Assembly (NCBI GenBank): GCA_937900305.1
Contig: CALCCV010000214.1
Span: forward strand, 1 to 40,389
DNA: 40,389 nt
Direction: 5' to 3'
Source of the DNA: an uncultured Pseudobdellovibrionaceae bacterium
GTDB taxonomy: Bacteria > Bdellovibrionota > Bdellovibrionia > Bdellovibrionales > Bdellovibrionaceae
Positions 28,191-39,119 of the stretch are shown in pieces; positions within the stretch are counted from its first letter, which is position 1; each line of letters starts with the position of its first letter. Below the pieces are notes generated by a model. The model did no database searches. It saw only the letters and a list, made by a program, of their open reading frames with translations, and had not been told where the DNA came from. The translations under genes and the position numbers were made by a program.

Positions 28191-28733
28191 ATGAACCAAA
28201 TGGACTCAATCAGCTCAAAACCAAGTTCTAAAGTTAAAATCATCAAGCGTTATCAAAATCGAAAACTTTATGACACACAACAGAGTTGCTATGTGACTTT
28301 GGACGATATCGCAAAAATGATTCGTTCTAACGAAGAAGTGATGGTCATCGATAACAAATCGAAAAACGACATCACCGCAGCCACACTGACTCAGATCATC
28401 TTCGAAGCTGAAAAGAAAGCCTCTCAATATGCACCTCTTTTCACTTTGCGAGAAATCATTCAGACTGGCAACGGAAGCATTTCAAACTTCCTTGCGAAGT
28501 TGGGTGCATTTCCTCAAGATTACATGACTAAGCAAGCGAGCCCTTCAAATTTGACTGACAAGTCCTCAACAGATGACTTAAAGCAAAACTTGGAAACTCG
28601 AGTTGCTAATGCCACTCGCTACAATCCAGATTCAACAGCGAAAGCCGCAGCTGAAAAAGCGACCGTCTTGCCGGGCTTACAGGAAGAGGAAACGCCAAAT
28701 CTTCCCAGTAGCAATCCAAGCTTGAATCAATGA
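28191..28733 (+). CDS. phaR: PhaR-like regulator (PHB/PHA accumulation regulator DNA-binding domain)
   Basis: IIKRYQNRKLYDTQQSCYVTLDDIAKMIRSNEEVMVIDNKSKNDITAATLTQIIFEAEKK matches the PhaR N-terminal domain. The ATG at 28191 has GGAGG 7 nt upstream; the ATG at 28176 sits too close to its SD. Confidence 0.8.
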   Translation: MNQMDSISSKPSSKVKIIKRYQNRKLYDTQQSCYVTLDDIAKMIRSNEEVMVIDNKSKNDITAATLTQIIFEAEKKASQYAPLFTLREIIQTGNGSISNFLAKLGAFPQDYMTKQASPSNLTDKSSTDDLKQNLETRVANATRYNPDSTAKAAAEKATVLPGLQEEETPNLPSSNPSLNQ

Positions 28734-28811
28734 TCTTGATCCATCGGGCCAGTCCAAAGGGCTCGTGATAAGAGTGGTAGATAAGGGCTTAGTTAAATTT
28801 TAGGATCTGAT

Positions 28812-28839
28812 AAAAAGGGAAAGGAAACTTTCCTTTTTT
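28812..28839. terminator. Bidirectional rho-independent terminator
   Basis: AAAAAGGGAAAG-GAAA-CTTTCCTTTTTT forms a 12-bp stem (one G-U) with a GAAA loop. An A-run and a T-run flank it. It sits between convergent phaR and the 28875-30125 gene. Confidence 0.7.
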
Positions 28840-28874
28840 ATTTCTGAAAGCTTCAAATTTTATTTGAAATCTGC

Positions 28875-30125
28875 CTAGAACGACCGCCAGTTCACAAAGA
28901 CCATTTGGTTTTTACGAACATCGATATCCTGCAAAGTTTGCCAACCGGTGAGGCTTGTTTGAGTGTAAGCCAGCCCTCGGGCTTGAACTTGATATTTCCC
29001 TGGTGGAATTTGCATTCGTACGATTTGAAAAGAGTTTGGCAACGTAGACCACTGCCTTAAATCTGCTCGGTCTGTTGCGTTCAAGGCAATCCAAGCAATC
29101 GCACCCAACGCACTGTCGTGCTCTCCCAATTTGTCTGAAACAACTTTTTTAGCAACGATACCAGCAGCTCTGCGACCCAGAAGGGACAATCGGTCATCCG
29201 CGAGAGTCTTTATGGCGGCTTCACTGACGTCATAGATGTCTTGGGTTCCGATAGGTCCGGCGATTTTTTTTCCATCGGGAGAAATTAGCTGAACTTCAGC
29301 GCGCGAGCTAGTGCTTGAAACTCTTTTCAGGGCAGGAAAGCGATAGTCGAAATCAGCTTCTTTTCGGGGGCCCCAACCTTGGTGAAAAATAAATACCATC
29401 GTTGCTAAATTTGGGTCATACCACTCGGGTTTTTCAACGTGGGCTCCGAACTGCGCCACCCACTTTTTATAATCGGTATCGCGGCGAGCTTTTTTAGAAA
29501 GGCGAATCAGGTCTTCTTGAATTTGTGGCGAACGGGGATCAATCGAATAGGCCTCTGTCAGGGCGACATAAGCGTTGTCATAGTCTCGACTGGCCTCTCG
29601 CGCTAGTGCGGCGATATAGCGGGCGAAAAAATTGAGTTCAAAACTCTTTTTCTCATCTTGTCGGTACTGTTGATACTTTTCATTGATTCTGCGGGCTTGA
29701 ACGACGGCATTTTCCAGATCCCCAAGTTGCAGGTAATTGAGGGCCTTGTAGGCATTGATGAAAATTTTTTCAAAGGTGTCGCCTTTGTACTGCACCATCT
29801 CTTCGCTCAGTACGAGTGAGGAGGCCACTTTGGAGACCGAATGATAATCAAGCTGTTCAGAGAGATCATCGGCTTCGCTAAAAACTTTGTTGCTTTCGGA
29901 ATACTTGCCAGCAACCTGCAGAGCGGTGCCGAGGTCCATCAGGTAAACGAGTTTGTCCCGGCCGTCACTCGCCACGAGCTTTTGAAAATCAGCAATGGCC
30001 TCATCGTAATTCCCCCGTTCCAGGGCCGTGCGCGCCGTATTGACCTTGCCTTGGTACGAAGCGCAGGACGCGAGGACCAAGAACGAGGAGCACGTCGCAA
30101 AAGAAATGCTCCACCATTTTTTCAC
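28875..30125 (-). CDS. Lipoprotein with TPR-like N-terminal half (resembles the uncharacterised COG3014-type family by recollection)
   Basis: Lipobox LVLASC. Helical TPR-like repeats (GNYDEAIADFQK.., YKALNYLQLGDLENAVVQARR). GTG start 3 nt after the stop of the upstream LpoB-like gene. Confidence 0.6.
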   Translation of the reverse strand: MKKWWSISFATCSSFLVLASCASYQGKVNTARTALERGNYDEAIADFQKLVASDGRDKLVYLMDLGTALQVAGKYSESNKVFSEADDLSEQLDYHSVSKVASSLVLSEEMVQYKGDTFEKIFINAYKALNYLQLGDLENAVVQARRINEKYQQYRQDEKKSFELNFFARYIAALAREASRDYDNAYVALTEAYSIDPRSPQIQEDLIRLSKKARRDTDYKKWVAQFGAHVEKPEWYDPNLATMVFIFHQGWGPRKEADFDYRFPALKRVSSTSSRAEVQLISPDGKKIAGPIGTQDIYDVSEAAIKTLADDRLSLLGRRAAGIVAKKVVSDKLGEHDSALGAIAWIALNATDRADLRQWSTLPNSFQIVRMQIPPGKYQVQARGLAYTQTSLTGWQTLQDIDVRKNQMVFVNWRSF

Positions 30126-30128
30126 AGA

Positions 30129-30740
30129 CTACAGACCCACCGAGCGTTTCTTGAAGAGCTTGCGCATTTCTTTTTGGCCAGCCCATTCGATAACCGAGGT
30201 CTTCAAGTTTGTGAGATTCAAGGTCAGTTTGTAATAGACAGTTTTGTCTTTGCCGATGGTTTTTGTGATCGACTCAAGGCGCCCGTTTAAAATGAAGTCG
30301 GCGCCGATTTGGCCGCCTGGACCTTTTTTTGATTCGTCGCCCACCATGCCCGAATTTTGATATTCATATTCATCGGAGATGTCTTGGCGGGCCTCGCGAT
30401 CAATGAAGTTCACACGACCTGAATTGGTCAGCTCCACTTTAATCATGTCCATGATGCTTTGAGTTTCAATTTCTTCAGAAGTTTTGTTCTGAAGACCTGT
30501 CACCATAACGATGGGTTTTTTACGGGCGTTTGCGATGGGTTGTGAGCCACCGAGCGAGCCGACAAGCTCTTTGACCGAGCTTTGCATGTCAGTTTCAGAC
30601 CACTTGTCATCCAAGAGATTTTCTCGTTGAACGTCATCGTATTCACCCTTGGTAAAGGCCTTAGGGCCGCAGGCACTAAGCCACAAGCTGCTGGATGCTA
30701 AAAGACTCACTAAAAAACATTTGCTCATGATTGAATTCAT
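30129..30740 (-). CDS. LpoB-fold lipoprotein (PBP activator LpoB/YcfM family)
   Basis: Lipobox LWLSAC. KKPIVMVTGLQNKTSEEI..ELTNSGRVNFIDRE..GADFILNGRLESI..YYKLTLNLTNLKTSVIEW fits the LpoB-family pattern. Strong SD GGAGGTGA. Confidence 0.7.
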   Translation of the reverse strand: MNSIMSKCFLVSLLASSSLWLSACGPKAFTKGEYDDVQRENLLDDKWSETDMQSSVKELVGSLGGSQPIANARKKPIVMVTGLQNKTSEEIETQSIMDMIKVELTNSGRVNFIDREARQDISDEYEYQNSGMVGDESKKGPGGQIGADFILNGRLESITKTIGKDKTVYYKLTLNLTNLKTSVIEWAGQKEMRKLFKKRSVGL

Positions 30741-30915
30741 GAAATCACCTCCGTCGCTGAAAATCAGTCTGACTCGGAAAGTTTATTCGGATCTACGTTT
30801 CGGAGCAAGGCAGACTGATCCGACGCTAGGAGGCGATTCGGTGAATGCGGATTTATAGAGATTTAGAGAGAGAAATGAAACACTTCGTCGGATTGCATGT
30901 GGTTTTGAAGTCACA

Positions 30916-31335
30916 ATGAAGATTTATAATCCCCCCGACTTTTATCAGAGACTCCAAGAGCACTACAACCCTGACGCAGAAGAGGTTTGGGTGGCTTGCC
31001 TAAACTCGCAGTTGGAGGTGACTTCGTTAGAGATGGTTCATCGCGGCACCGTTTCGATGTGTCTGGCGATCCCGAGGGATATTTTTCGCGCGGCTGTGCG
31101 AACGAACAGCCAGTACATTTTGTTGGCTCATAATCACACGAGTGGGGATTGTACGCCAAGTGGTGAGGATTTAGAGCTCACTCGCGAACTCTGTTTGGCG
31201 AGCCGGATTTTAAAAATTCCGATCATTGATCATCTCATTTTTACGCCGGCCAAATATGTGAGTTTTGCTCAGCTGGGTTTGATCAAACGATTCATGCAAT
31301 CTCGTCGAAAGTGTCGATGGGCTGAACGTCAATAG
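30916..31335 (+). CDS. Short RadC-like JAB/MPN domain protein (no N-terminal HhH domain)
   Basis: JAMM motif ILLAHNHTSGDCTPSGEDLELT followed by IPIIDHLIF. At 139 aa it contains the JAB domain only. Confidence 0.85.
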   Translation: MKIYNPPDFYQRLQEHYNPDAEEVWVACLNSQLEVTSLEMVHRGTVSMCLAIPRDIFRAAVRTNSQYILLAHNHTSGDCTPSGEDLELTRELCLASRILKIPIIDHLIFTPAKYVSFAQLGLIKRFMQSRRKCRWAERQ

Positions 31336-31457
31336 GATCAACAGTTTTAGAGGATGCGGTCTCTGAATCTGTCGAAACCCACATCTCATCTTGATAAACA
31401 TTGACGCCATCTGTGGGCGCGCGAAAATGAATGCAGACGCGCAAGTGAGGAGGACAG

Positions 31458-31937
31458 ATGTTTGAAAAGAGATGGCCACAGCTACTCTATATAGCGGCTT
31501 TTGCAATTTTTCTGAATCCGCTATCGGCGCGCGCAAATGGTTGGTCCTGGAGTTTGGGTTACAACAATCCACCCGGAGCAACGGTCGGAATTAACTTCAT
31601 GCACTTGTGGACAAACTGGGCTTTCGAAGTAGGGGTTGGCGCGATCGAGGCGAAAAATGAAGACGACACAAACAGCGATACCGACAAAAAAACTCTGCAC
31701 GTTGGCGGCGACGTGGATTTGAAGTATTTATTCGGGAATAGTTGGTTTCGTCCTTACATTCAAGCTGGGATGGGGGCTGGCGTGGGGATCAAATCCGATG
31801 ATGACACCTCTGCCGGCGCCGGTGTGGGTGGAAGCTACTGTGGCGGGGGAGTATTTTTAATGGGAAATCCATTTTATCTTTATGCTTCACTCAATACAGG
31901 AACCTTTGTGCAGGTGGGCCTTGGTTTCGACTTTTGA
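31458..31937 (+). CDS. Small outer-membrane beta-barrel protein
   Basis: Strong SD GAGGAGG. Signal peptide ending SARA-NG. Alternating Gly/aromatic-rich strands and a C-terminal GLGFDF with terminal Phe. Confidence 0.7.
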   Translation: MFEKRWPQLLYIAAFAIFLNPLSARANGWSWSLGYNNPPGATVGINFMHLWTNWAFEVGVGAIEAKNEDDTNSDTDKKTLHVGGDVDLKYLFGNSWFRPYIQAGMGAGVGIKSDDDTSAGAGVGGSYCGGGVFLMGNPFYLYASLNTGTFVQVGLGFDF

Positions 31938-31983
31938 ACGAAGAGAACTGGCAAGATATGGGCTGAAGCGGCAAAGGCCTGAA

Positions 31984-32547
31984 TTAGTTGGCACCCGTTG
32001 GTGGCCGGTCCTGCAAAACAGGGAAACGATTGTTCGATGATTTGATTGGCTTCACCGACTTAACTTTGTAGTCTTTGTCGAGTGTGACGTCCCAGCCTCC
32101 CCGCTTTGCATTTTCAATAAATTTGCGGGCGTAAGCATCTTTAAAAGACTTGTCGTATTCTCGCTGTTGTTCATTTTCAAAAAGTTCTTTTTGAATCATT
32201 TGCTGGGGATCGGGAAAGGGCTCATAGAGTGTATTTCGACCGGCCTCTTCAATAGTCTCTTCGCTCACCGCTAGTTCTGCATAGGGATCAAGCTCTGGTC
32301 GGTAGGAATCTTTATCTTTGAGTTTAAGGATTCCCGCTTTGGAACGCTCTTGTTCTAGTTCGTATTTTAGTTTCTCGCTCTCGATATCCATTTGAACTTG
32401 GGTCATTGTCAGATGTTCGTTCACTCGCGTAGAATATTTTTCTGTGATCTTTGGTTTGGATTTCTTGCGTCCGTCCTCACTTAGCAGGGCGGCAAAAAAA
32501 ATCAAAACTGCTACCAATATCAGAGTTAGGCCTGCTTTCTTTTTCAC
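31984..32547 (-). CDS. Membrane-anchored hypothetical protein
   Basis: GTG start and a single N-terminal TM segment (LTLILVAVLIFFAALL). The remainder is charged and helical. Same strand as the kinase gene and 82 nt downstream of it. Confidence 0.5.
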   Translation of the reverse strand: MKKKAGLTLILVAVLIFFAALLSEDGRKKSKPKITEKYSTRVNEHLTMTQVQMDIESEKLKYELEQERSKAGILKLKDKDSYRPELDPYAELAVSEETIEEAGRNTLYEPFPDPQQMIQKELFENEQQREYDKSFKDAYARKFIENAKRGGWDVTLDKDYKVKSVKPIKSSNNRFPVLQDRPPTGAN

Positions 32548-32629
32548 TATTGTCTCTTCGGCATTTCAGACTGAGACTTTAGACCAGAAGACGGCGAATC
32601 GGATTTGGCGGAGTGGAGGGCTTGAGGAA

Positions 32630-34519
32630 TCAGTGTTGGTTGGCTTCCATGGGCGGTGGCTTTACGGGCAGAAAGACCATGAATTCAGTGCCGACTCCCA
32701 CTTTTGATCGAACTTTTATTTCTCCACCGTGAGAACGAATAATTCCGTAAGTTATACTAAGACCCAGACCAGTTCCTTCACCAACATCTTTTGTGGTAAA
32801 AAAAGGGTCGAATATTTTGGCGAGATTTTCTTCTTTAATTCCCGAACCGCTGTCTTGGACTGAAATTTTGACTCCGCCCTCTGGGCCGAAACCTTTCTTT
32901 TCAAAGGATGTATTTACCCAAATTCGTCCGTCGGTTCGAATGGCCTGAATGGCATTGGTTAGTAGATTTACAAAGACCTGAAAAATTTGGGACTCCACGC
33001 ACCAGATCATCGGAGTTTTGCCAAATTGTTTTTCAAGATTGATTCGCGTTTTGAGTTGGGGTTCGACGAATTTAACGGCCTTTTCGATAAGTTCATTCAA
33101 ACGAACTTCGGTGTATTGAGCTTTTTCTTGTCTTGAAAAATTGCGAAGGCCGTTGATGATTTCGCGTGTGCGTTTAGTTCCTTCATCAAAGGAACCTAAA
33201 AGCTTTGGTAAATCTTTTTTGATAAAGTCAAAATCGGCTTTGGTGAGAGCTTCGTCCGAACTATCGGCCGTTTGTGCCAATTGATCGACTAGCGTTACGA
33301 GACTGTCACAGTACTCTCGCAACGGCGCAATGTTGCCTTGAATGAAAGAGATAGGATTGTTGAGCTCATGGGCGACGCCGGCAACCAATTGCCCGAGGCT
33401 CGCCATCTTTGTGGACTGCAACAGCTGATCCTGTGCGGCCTGGGATTCGCGATTGGCGACCTCAAGCTCGTGGACTTTTTGTTCGAGCTCATTTCTCATC
33501 CGTTGGATTCGATCGGCCATTTTTTGAAAAGCGCCAGCGAGAATAGCAACGTCTGGTTCTTTGATCGTTAGGGAGCGAATAGGTCGCTGGCCATCAAAGG
33601 CGTGCACCTGTTCGACGAGATAATAAAATGGACTTAGCAGTGAGCGGCTGATCGAGTAGCTAAAAATTCCCACCAATAGGAGAATGAGAGCTAGAACGCT
33701 CACTAACACCATAATGATTTCTATAACGGGATTGAGAACGAGAGACTGGGGAAGACTGATGCCAAGAAAAAGGGTGTCGCCGTTGCTGGCCCCGGCGATG
33801 GGAACGAGAGTAGCGACTTCGCGACCCAAACCAGAGTCGATGATGATCTGAAATTCGCCTTGCCCTTTTTTTCTGAGAAAATCTTTTTCATTGCCTAACT
33901 TGAAAGGGCCTTGAGCAGAGTAGAGGGGCTTCCCGGTTTCACTGACAACCAGAACATTGGCCTGGAGGTCTTGGGACCATTTTTGTAAGTCGGCAATGGT
34001 AATGAGTAGGTCAAGGATGATGCTGCCGGCGGATCTCTTGGCTCGCGACAGGATGATAGATTTTGCGGAAATGACTAAGCCAAAATTAGATTGGAAGTGC
34101 GTGAATTCACGTATTTGATGTTTGCTCGTATCGCGATTGGGCATTTGCATCCCGTTAAAAGTCGCGTCGTTACTGACTTGGGTGAGATAGCCCCCACCGG
34201 AATCGAAAACGCGCAGTCGAGTTTGGCGTGGCGGTGAAAAATTTCGGATGAGGCTGTTGACCTCTTCGGCTTCTCCGCCCTGAGAATAGATGGGCAAGCG
34301 GGGATCTTGTTTGAAGCGAACCAACCAGTCGAGACCGCCTTTTTTCTTTTGATTCAGATCACTTTGTAATCGTTGATTGAGCGTGTTCAGGCGTTGATCG
34401 AACTGAGATCTGGCATTTTCATAAAATTTATAGACTGAAAAAAGAGAAAATGAAATTAGCGGCACCATTGAAAAAATGGCGAAGTAAAAAGCTAGCTTTT
34501 TAAGAAGAGAACCGCCCAT
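32630..34519 (-). CDS. Sensor histidine kinase (two TM segments, ~240-aa periplasmic domain, HAMP, HisKA, HATPase_c)
   Basis: H-box [17 protein letters not shown]-box [13 protein letters not shown]1 [11 protein letters not shown]2 [10 protein letters not shown]. Confidence 0.9.
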   Translation of the reverse strand: MGGSLLKKLAFYFAIFSMVPLISFSLFSVYKFYENARSQFDQRLNTLNQRLQSDLNQKKKGGLDWLVRFKQDPRLPIYSQGGEAEEVNSLIRNFSPPRQTRLRVFDSGGGYLTQVSNDATFNGMQMPNRDTSKHQIREFTHFQSNFGLVISAKSIILSRAKRSAGSIILDLLITIADLQKWSQDLQANVLVVSETGKPLYSAQGPFKLGNEKDFLRKKGQGEFQIIIDSGLGREVATLVPIAGASNGDTLFLGISLPQSLVLNPVIEIIMVLVSVLALILLLVGIFSYSISRSLLSPFYYLVEQVHAFDGQRPIRSLTIKEPDVAILAGAFQKMADRIQRMRNELEQKVHELEVANRESQAAQDQLLQSTKMASLGQLVAGVAHELNNPISFIQGNIAPLREYCDSLVTLVDQLAQTADSSDEALTKADFDFIKKDLPKLLGSFDEGTKRTREIINGLRNFSRQEKAQYTEVRLNELIEKAVKFVEPQLKTRINLEKQFGKTPMIWCVESQIFQVFVNLLTNAIQAIRTDGRIWVNTSFEKKGFGPEGGVKISVQDSGSGIKEENLAKIFDPFFTTKDVGEGTGLGLSITYGIIRSHGGEIKVRSKVGVGTEFMVFLPVKPPPMEANQH

Positions 34520-34583
34520 ATTTCATTGTCACCGGTTTCAGCTCACCGCTCAAATTGATTGCCACTTTGGCAACTCAATTGGT

Positions 34584-35801
34584 TCATTGGCCTGGTTCAG
34601 TGGCGGGTTCGGACTCGATGCCTTCTGGGCTAGTTGTTGGCACTGAGGTTGGAGATTGTGAGGAACCTGCTGGTCGCCCCTCATTCACGTTGAGAATGAT
34701 ACGAATAATTCCGTCTGGCATGATCCGTGTATGCTTTTCTTTCACCAATTGAAGCTGACCGTATTGACCGATGAAGTCCTTTAAGACTCCAAGCTGGGCT
34801 TCGGGTACAGTGAAGTGGAAGTATCTGAGAGCCGCTGATTTTTTCCAGCCGAGCTCGACCTCTCCGGCCTTTCGTCCACCGATATCTTGGATGCGGTCGC
34901 GAATTTTTGGCCAAACAGATTCTACATTTGTGACTTTGACTTCTCCCCGAAATAAAAATCCTCCGACCTTCTCATCAACCTCGGCAGTGCTGACTGCGGT
35001 CGCAGGTTTTGTTGCGGTCGCCGCGGGTTGATTGGCAGTTCCGCTGGTAGGAGTTGACGGTGGCGGGGGTGGAGGCGCGGGGGCCTTTAGATTTTTGACA
35101 GGGATCGAGCTGGCGCCAGCCATTTTGGTTGAATCCATAGCTGCTTTGATGAGCGCATCGCCGGGTTGAGCCGGCTGAACTTTTGCGACGGAGTTTGGTG
35201 AGCTGGGTTGCACTGCCACTTGCGTTGCAGATTTCGGTGCTTCAGCAGGTTTTGTGGTGTTCGTCGCCTTGGCGGATTCGTTAGGTTTTTCAAGCTCGTC
35301 TTGAAATTGGGCGCTATCAACGGGCTCTTGTGGCGTGGGTCCTTTTTCAAATTCAGCTAGAATCACTGATTGCGGGCTTTTGATTAGCCACTTTTTGACC
35401 GAGTCTTCCCAGGGGATCACGACCAGAGCCAACACCATGACAAAAACAACAACGAGCGCTTCGGCAGCCCAGCGAAATAAGGGTGGCCACTGACGAACTT
35501 TTAATCGCTCAACAACAAATGGTAAGTAAGATTTGGTTTGAGTGATATCGTTCACAACCTTTTCGGAAAATTCGATATGGTTTAATTTTTGGAGGTCAGT
35601 GCGCAGAGACCGAATGAAGTCGAGTTTCCCTTGGTACTCGGGGTGAGAGCCAAGCCACTTAAGAATCTCCCGACTCTCTTCGGGGCTCAATGTGCTATCG
35701 CAATAATCAACGAGCTTGTGATGAAAAAACTCTGACCGAAATGGGGAGGAGGTTTTTGTCTTCCAATGAAACTCTTCTTGCGAATCTGTTCCTCGATCCA
35801 A
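34584..35801 (-). CDS. Anti-sigma-factor-like membrane protein (degenerate ZAS-like N-terminus, 1 TM, Pro/Ala-rich linker, C-terminal globular domain)
   Basis: TTG start with AGGAGG 5 nt upstream. The N-terminus FHHKLVDYCDSTLSPEESREILKWLGSHPEYQ resembles the anti-sigma HxxxCxxC helix pair, but the Cys and His residues are altered. TM segment WAAEALVVVFVMVLALVVIPW. Pro run APAPPPPPPSTP. Confidence 0.55.
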   Translation of the reverse strand: MDRGTDSQEEFHWKTKTSSPFRSEFFHHKLVDYCDSTLSPEESREILKWLGSHPEYQGKLDFIRSLRTDLQKLNHIEFSEKVVNDITQTKSYLPFVVERLKVRQWPPLFRWAAEALVVVFVMVLALVVIPWEDSVKKWLIKSPQSVILAEFEKGPTPQEPVDSAQFQDELEKPNESAKATNTTKPAEAPKSATQVAVQPSSPNSVAKVQPAQPGDALIKAAMDSTKMAGASSIPVKNLKAPAPPPPPPSTPTSGTANQPAATATKPATAVSTAEVDEKVGGFLFRGEVKVTNVESVWPKIRDRIQDIGGRKAGEVELGWKKSAALRYFHFTVPEAQLGVLKDFIGQYGQLQLVKEKHTRIMPDGIIRIILNVNEGRPAGSSQSPTSVPTTSPEGIESEPATEPGQ

Positions 35802-35836
35802 TCTTTCCTCCTTTCCTCTTCCTCGTCGCGTTTGGC

Positions 35837-37379
<1,543 letters not shown>

Positions 37380-37541
37380 CTACGAGTTTGAATCAAGTCT
37401 AGATTCTTAAATTTTAGGAGTCAATTGAGAGATTTAGACGAAGTGTAACGCAAACCGTCTGAGCCGCTGGCTGCGGCCCTTCGTCGAGGACTGTGAGAAT
37501 GAAATTTGAGTGAGTTCGAGAAACCCTCTTGGGTGAGAGGA

Positions 37542-38984
37542 TCAGTCTTCAGAGTCTAAGTCCTGATCGCCGCACTTGAGGCTGGCTTTAATGCCATCAT
37601 CATTAAGTGTTTTGAAAGAAAAGCGAAACGGGTGAACACGACTTCGGTACTTGAGAAATCCGAGGTCCTCGGATTTCAAAGTCACAACGACCTCGTCGCC
37701 GGTCACTTCAATGGTTTTCTTCGAGAATTTGATGAGGTCGGTGTCAAACTTGATGGTTCTTTCGTCGTCGATTTCAGTGATTTTTTCGGTCGTCATGTCC
37801 TGGCCGTCTTTACTCGCGTCCACTTCGCAGTTGAGAGATTCTAATTCGTTATTTGAATCTACCTCGTCTGGCGTGAACTCGATTTTTGTTCCTTCTGTCG
37901 TGCTTTTGGTTCCATAGATCAGAGTGGCTTTTTTCTTTGCCGGAATACGAACTTCGAATGCTCCGCGACCATAACTCACCGTTGGGATTTTTGAAACGGT
38001 GATTGAAATCAGATTTTCTGCATCCGAACCTTTATCAATGTAGGTCAAAATGACTTTTCTGCCAGATCGACTTTGAACCGAGAACGGAGTGCCGTCTTTT
38101 GGCAATTTGATTTCTGAACTTTTGGAGTTCTCACCGAGCTCATCATCTTCCTTGTCTTTGAGATTTGAGAACTTAACTTTAGCGTGAAAATACTCTTTAG
38201 TGTCTTCTGTTTCTTCGGTGCCAGCGTCATCAGTTGAGGCTGGTGTTTCGGGCGAAGCGATGTCTTCTTCACCATCGGTTGTTGGTTCCTTAGGTTTTTT
38301 TGGATCTTTTTCAGGAACGGCCACGTCGCCCTCGCCAACTGTGCCCGCTGGTGGAACATCCGTTTCGGGATTTGGTGTCGTTTCAGATTTTCCATCGCCA
38401 TCAGCCGGTGGTTGAGTCGCCGGAGCAGGAGTTGCCTCAACCGGAGGTTGAGATTTTAGTTTGTCACACGATGCTTTCCACATAGCCATTTTTTGGGGCC
38501 AGTTTTTGCCATCTGTATTGACGTTCCAAATGGTGTCAGTCGCTTTGATATCTTCGCAAAGAAGTTCCTTGTCGAGAGATTTATCATTGTCAGTGCAACC
38601 TGCGAAGGAAGAATTGTCTTCTAATTTTACGCAAAGGTTCTCCAAATCTCTAACCGCAATTTTTTTACCTTTGCACGCCTCTGAAAGCTGGCCGGTCAAT
38701 TGATACTCAGTTATTTTTTCATTGGCAAAACGTTCACACTGTTTGATGTAAGAGACAGCCTCTACCGCTGCTTGATTCGGATTTGCGGTTTGCGTGTCGC
38801 TACCGTCAGCGCTTGGAGTTTTGGACTTGTTGTCGCCTTCTTTGTCCTTGTCGCTGACCTCGGATTGAGGCGGTGCTTTGAGTGGGGTGCTACGAGATTT
38901 CTTCTCGCCGCAGCCGAACGCAAGGCCCAAGGACAAGACTGCCACCGTGAAAAAGCTAAACCATGTTTTCTTGTGTCCTAGCAT
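37542..38984 (-). CDS. Acidic lipoprotein, function unknown
   Basis: The ATG at 38984 has GGAG 6 nt upstream. Lipobox GLAFGC. The protein has a 6-Cys helical segment, then an acidic Pro/Thr-rich linker, then a beta-rich C-terminal domain. Confidence 0.6.
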   Translation of the reverse strand: MLGHKKTWFSFFTVAVLSLGLAFGCGEKKSRSTPLKAPPQSEVSDKDKEGDNKSKTPSADGSDTQTANPNQAAVEAVSYIKQCERFANEKITEYQLTGQLSEACKGKKIAVRDLENLCVKLEDNSSFAGCTDNDKSLDKELLCEDIKATDTIWNVNTDGKNWPQKMAMWKASCDKLKSQPPVEATPAPATQPPADGDGKSETTPNPETDVPPAGTVGEGDVAVPEKDPKKPKEPTTDGEEDIASPETPASTDDAGTEETEDTKEYFHAKVKFSNLKDKEDDELGENSKSSEIKLPKDGTPFSVQSRSGRKVILTYIDKGSDAENLISITVSKIPTVSYGRGAFEVRIPAKKKATLIYGTKSTTEGTKIEFTPDEVDSNNELESLNCEVDASKDGQDMTTEKITEIDDERTIKFDTDLIKFSKKTIEVTGDEVVVTLKSEDLGFLKYRSRVHPFRFSFKTLNDDGIKASLKCGDQDLDSED

Positions 38985-39119
38985 AATAAACTCCAATTCA
39001 AAGCTCAGTGTTTCAACAAGTGCGCCAACCTGAGACGGGAGCTAGGACCTCGCCAACAGGTCTTAAACTGAGACTTGTTGATCAGGTGTTGAATGTTTTG
39101 ACATGGAACAAAATGGGCC

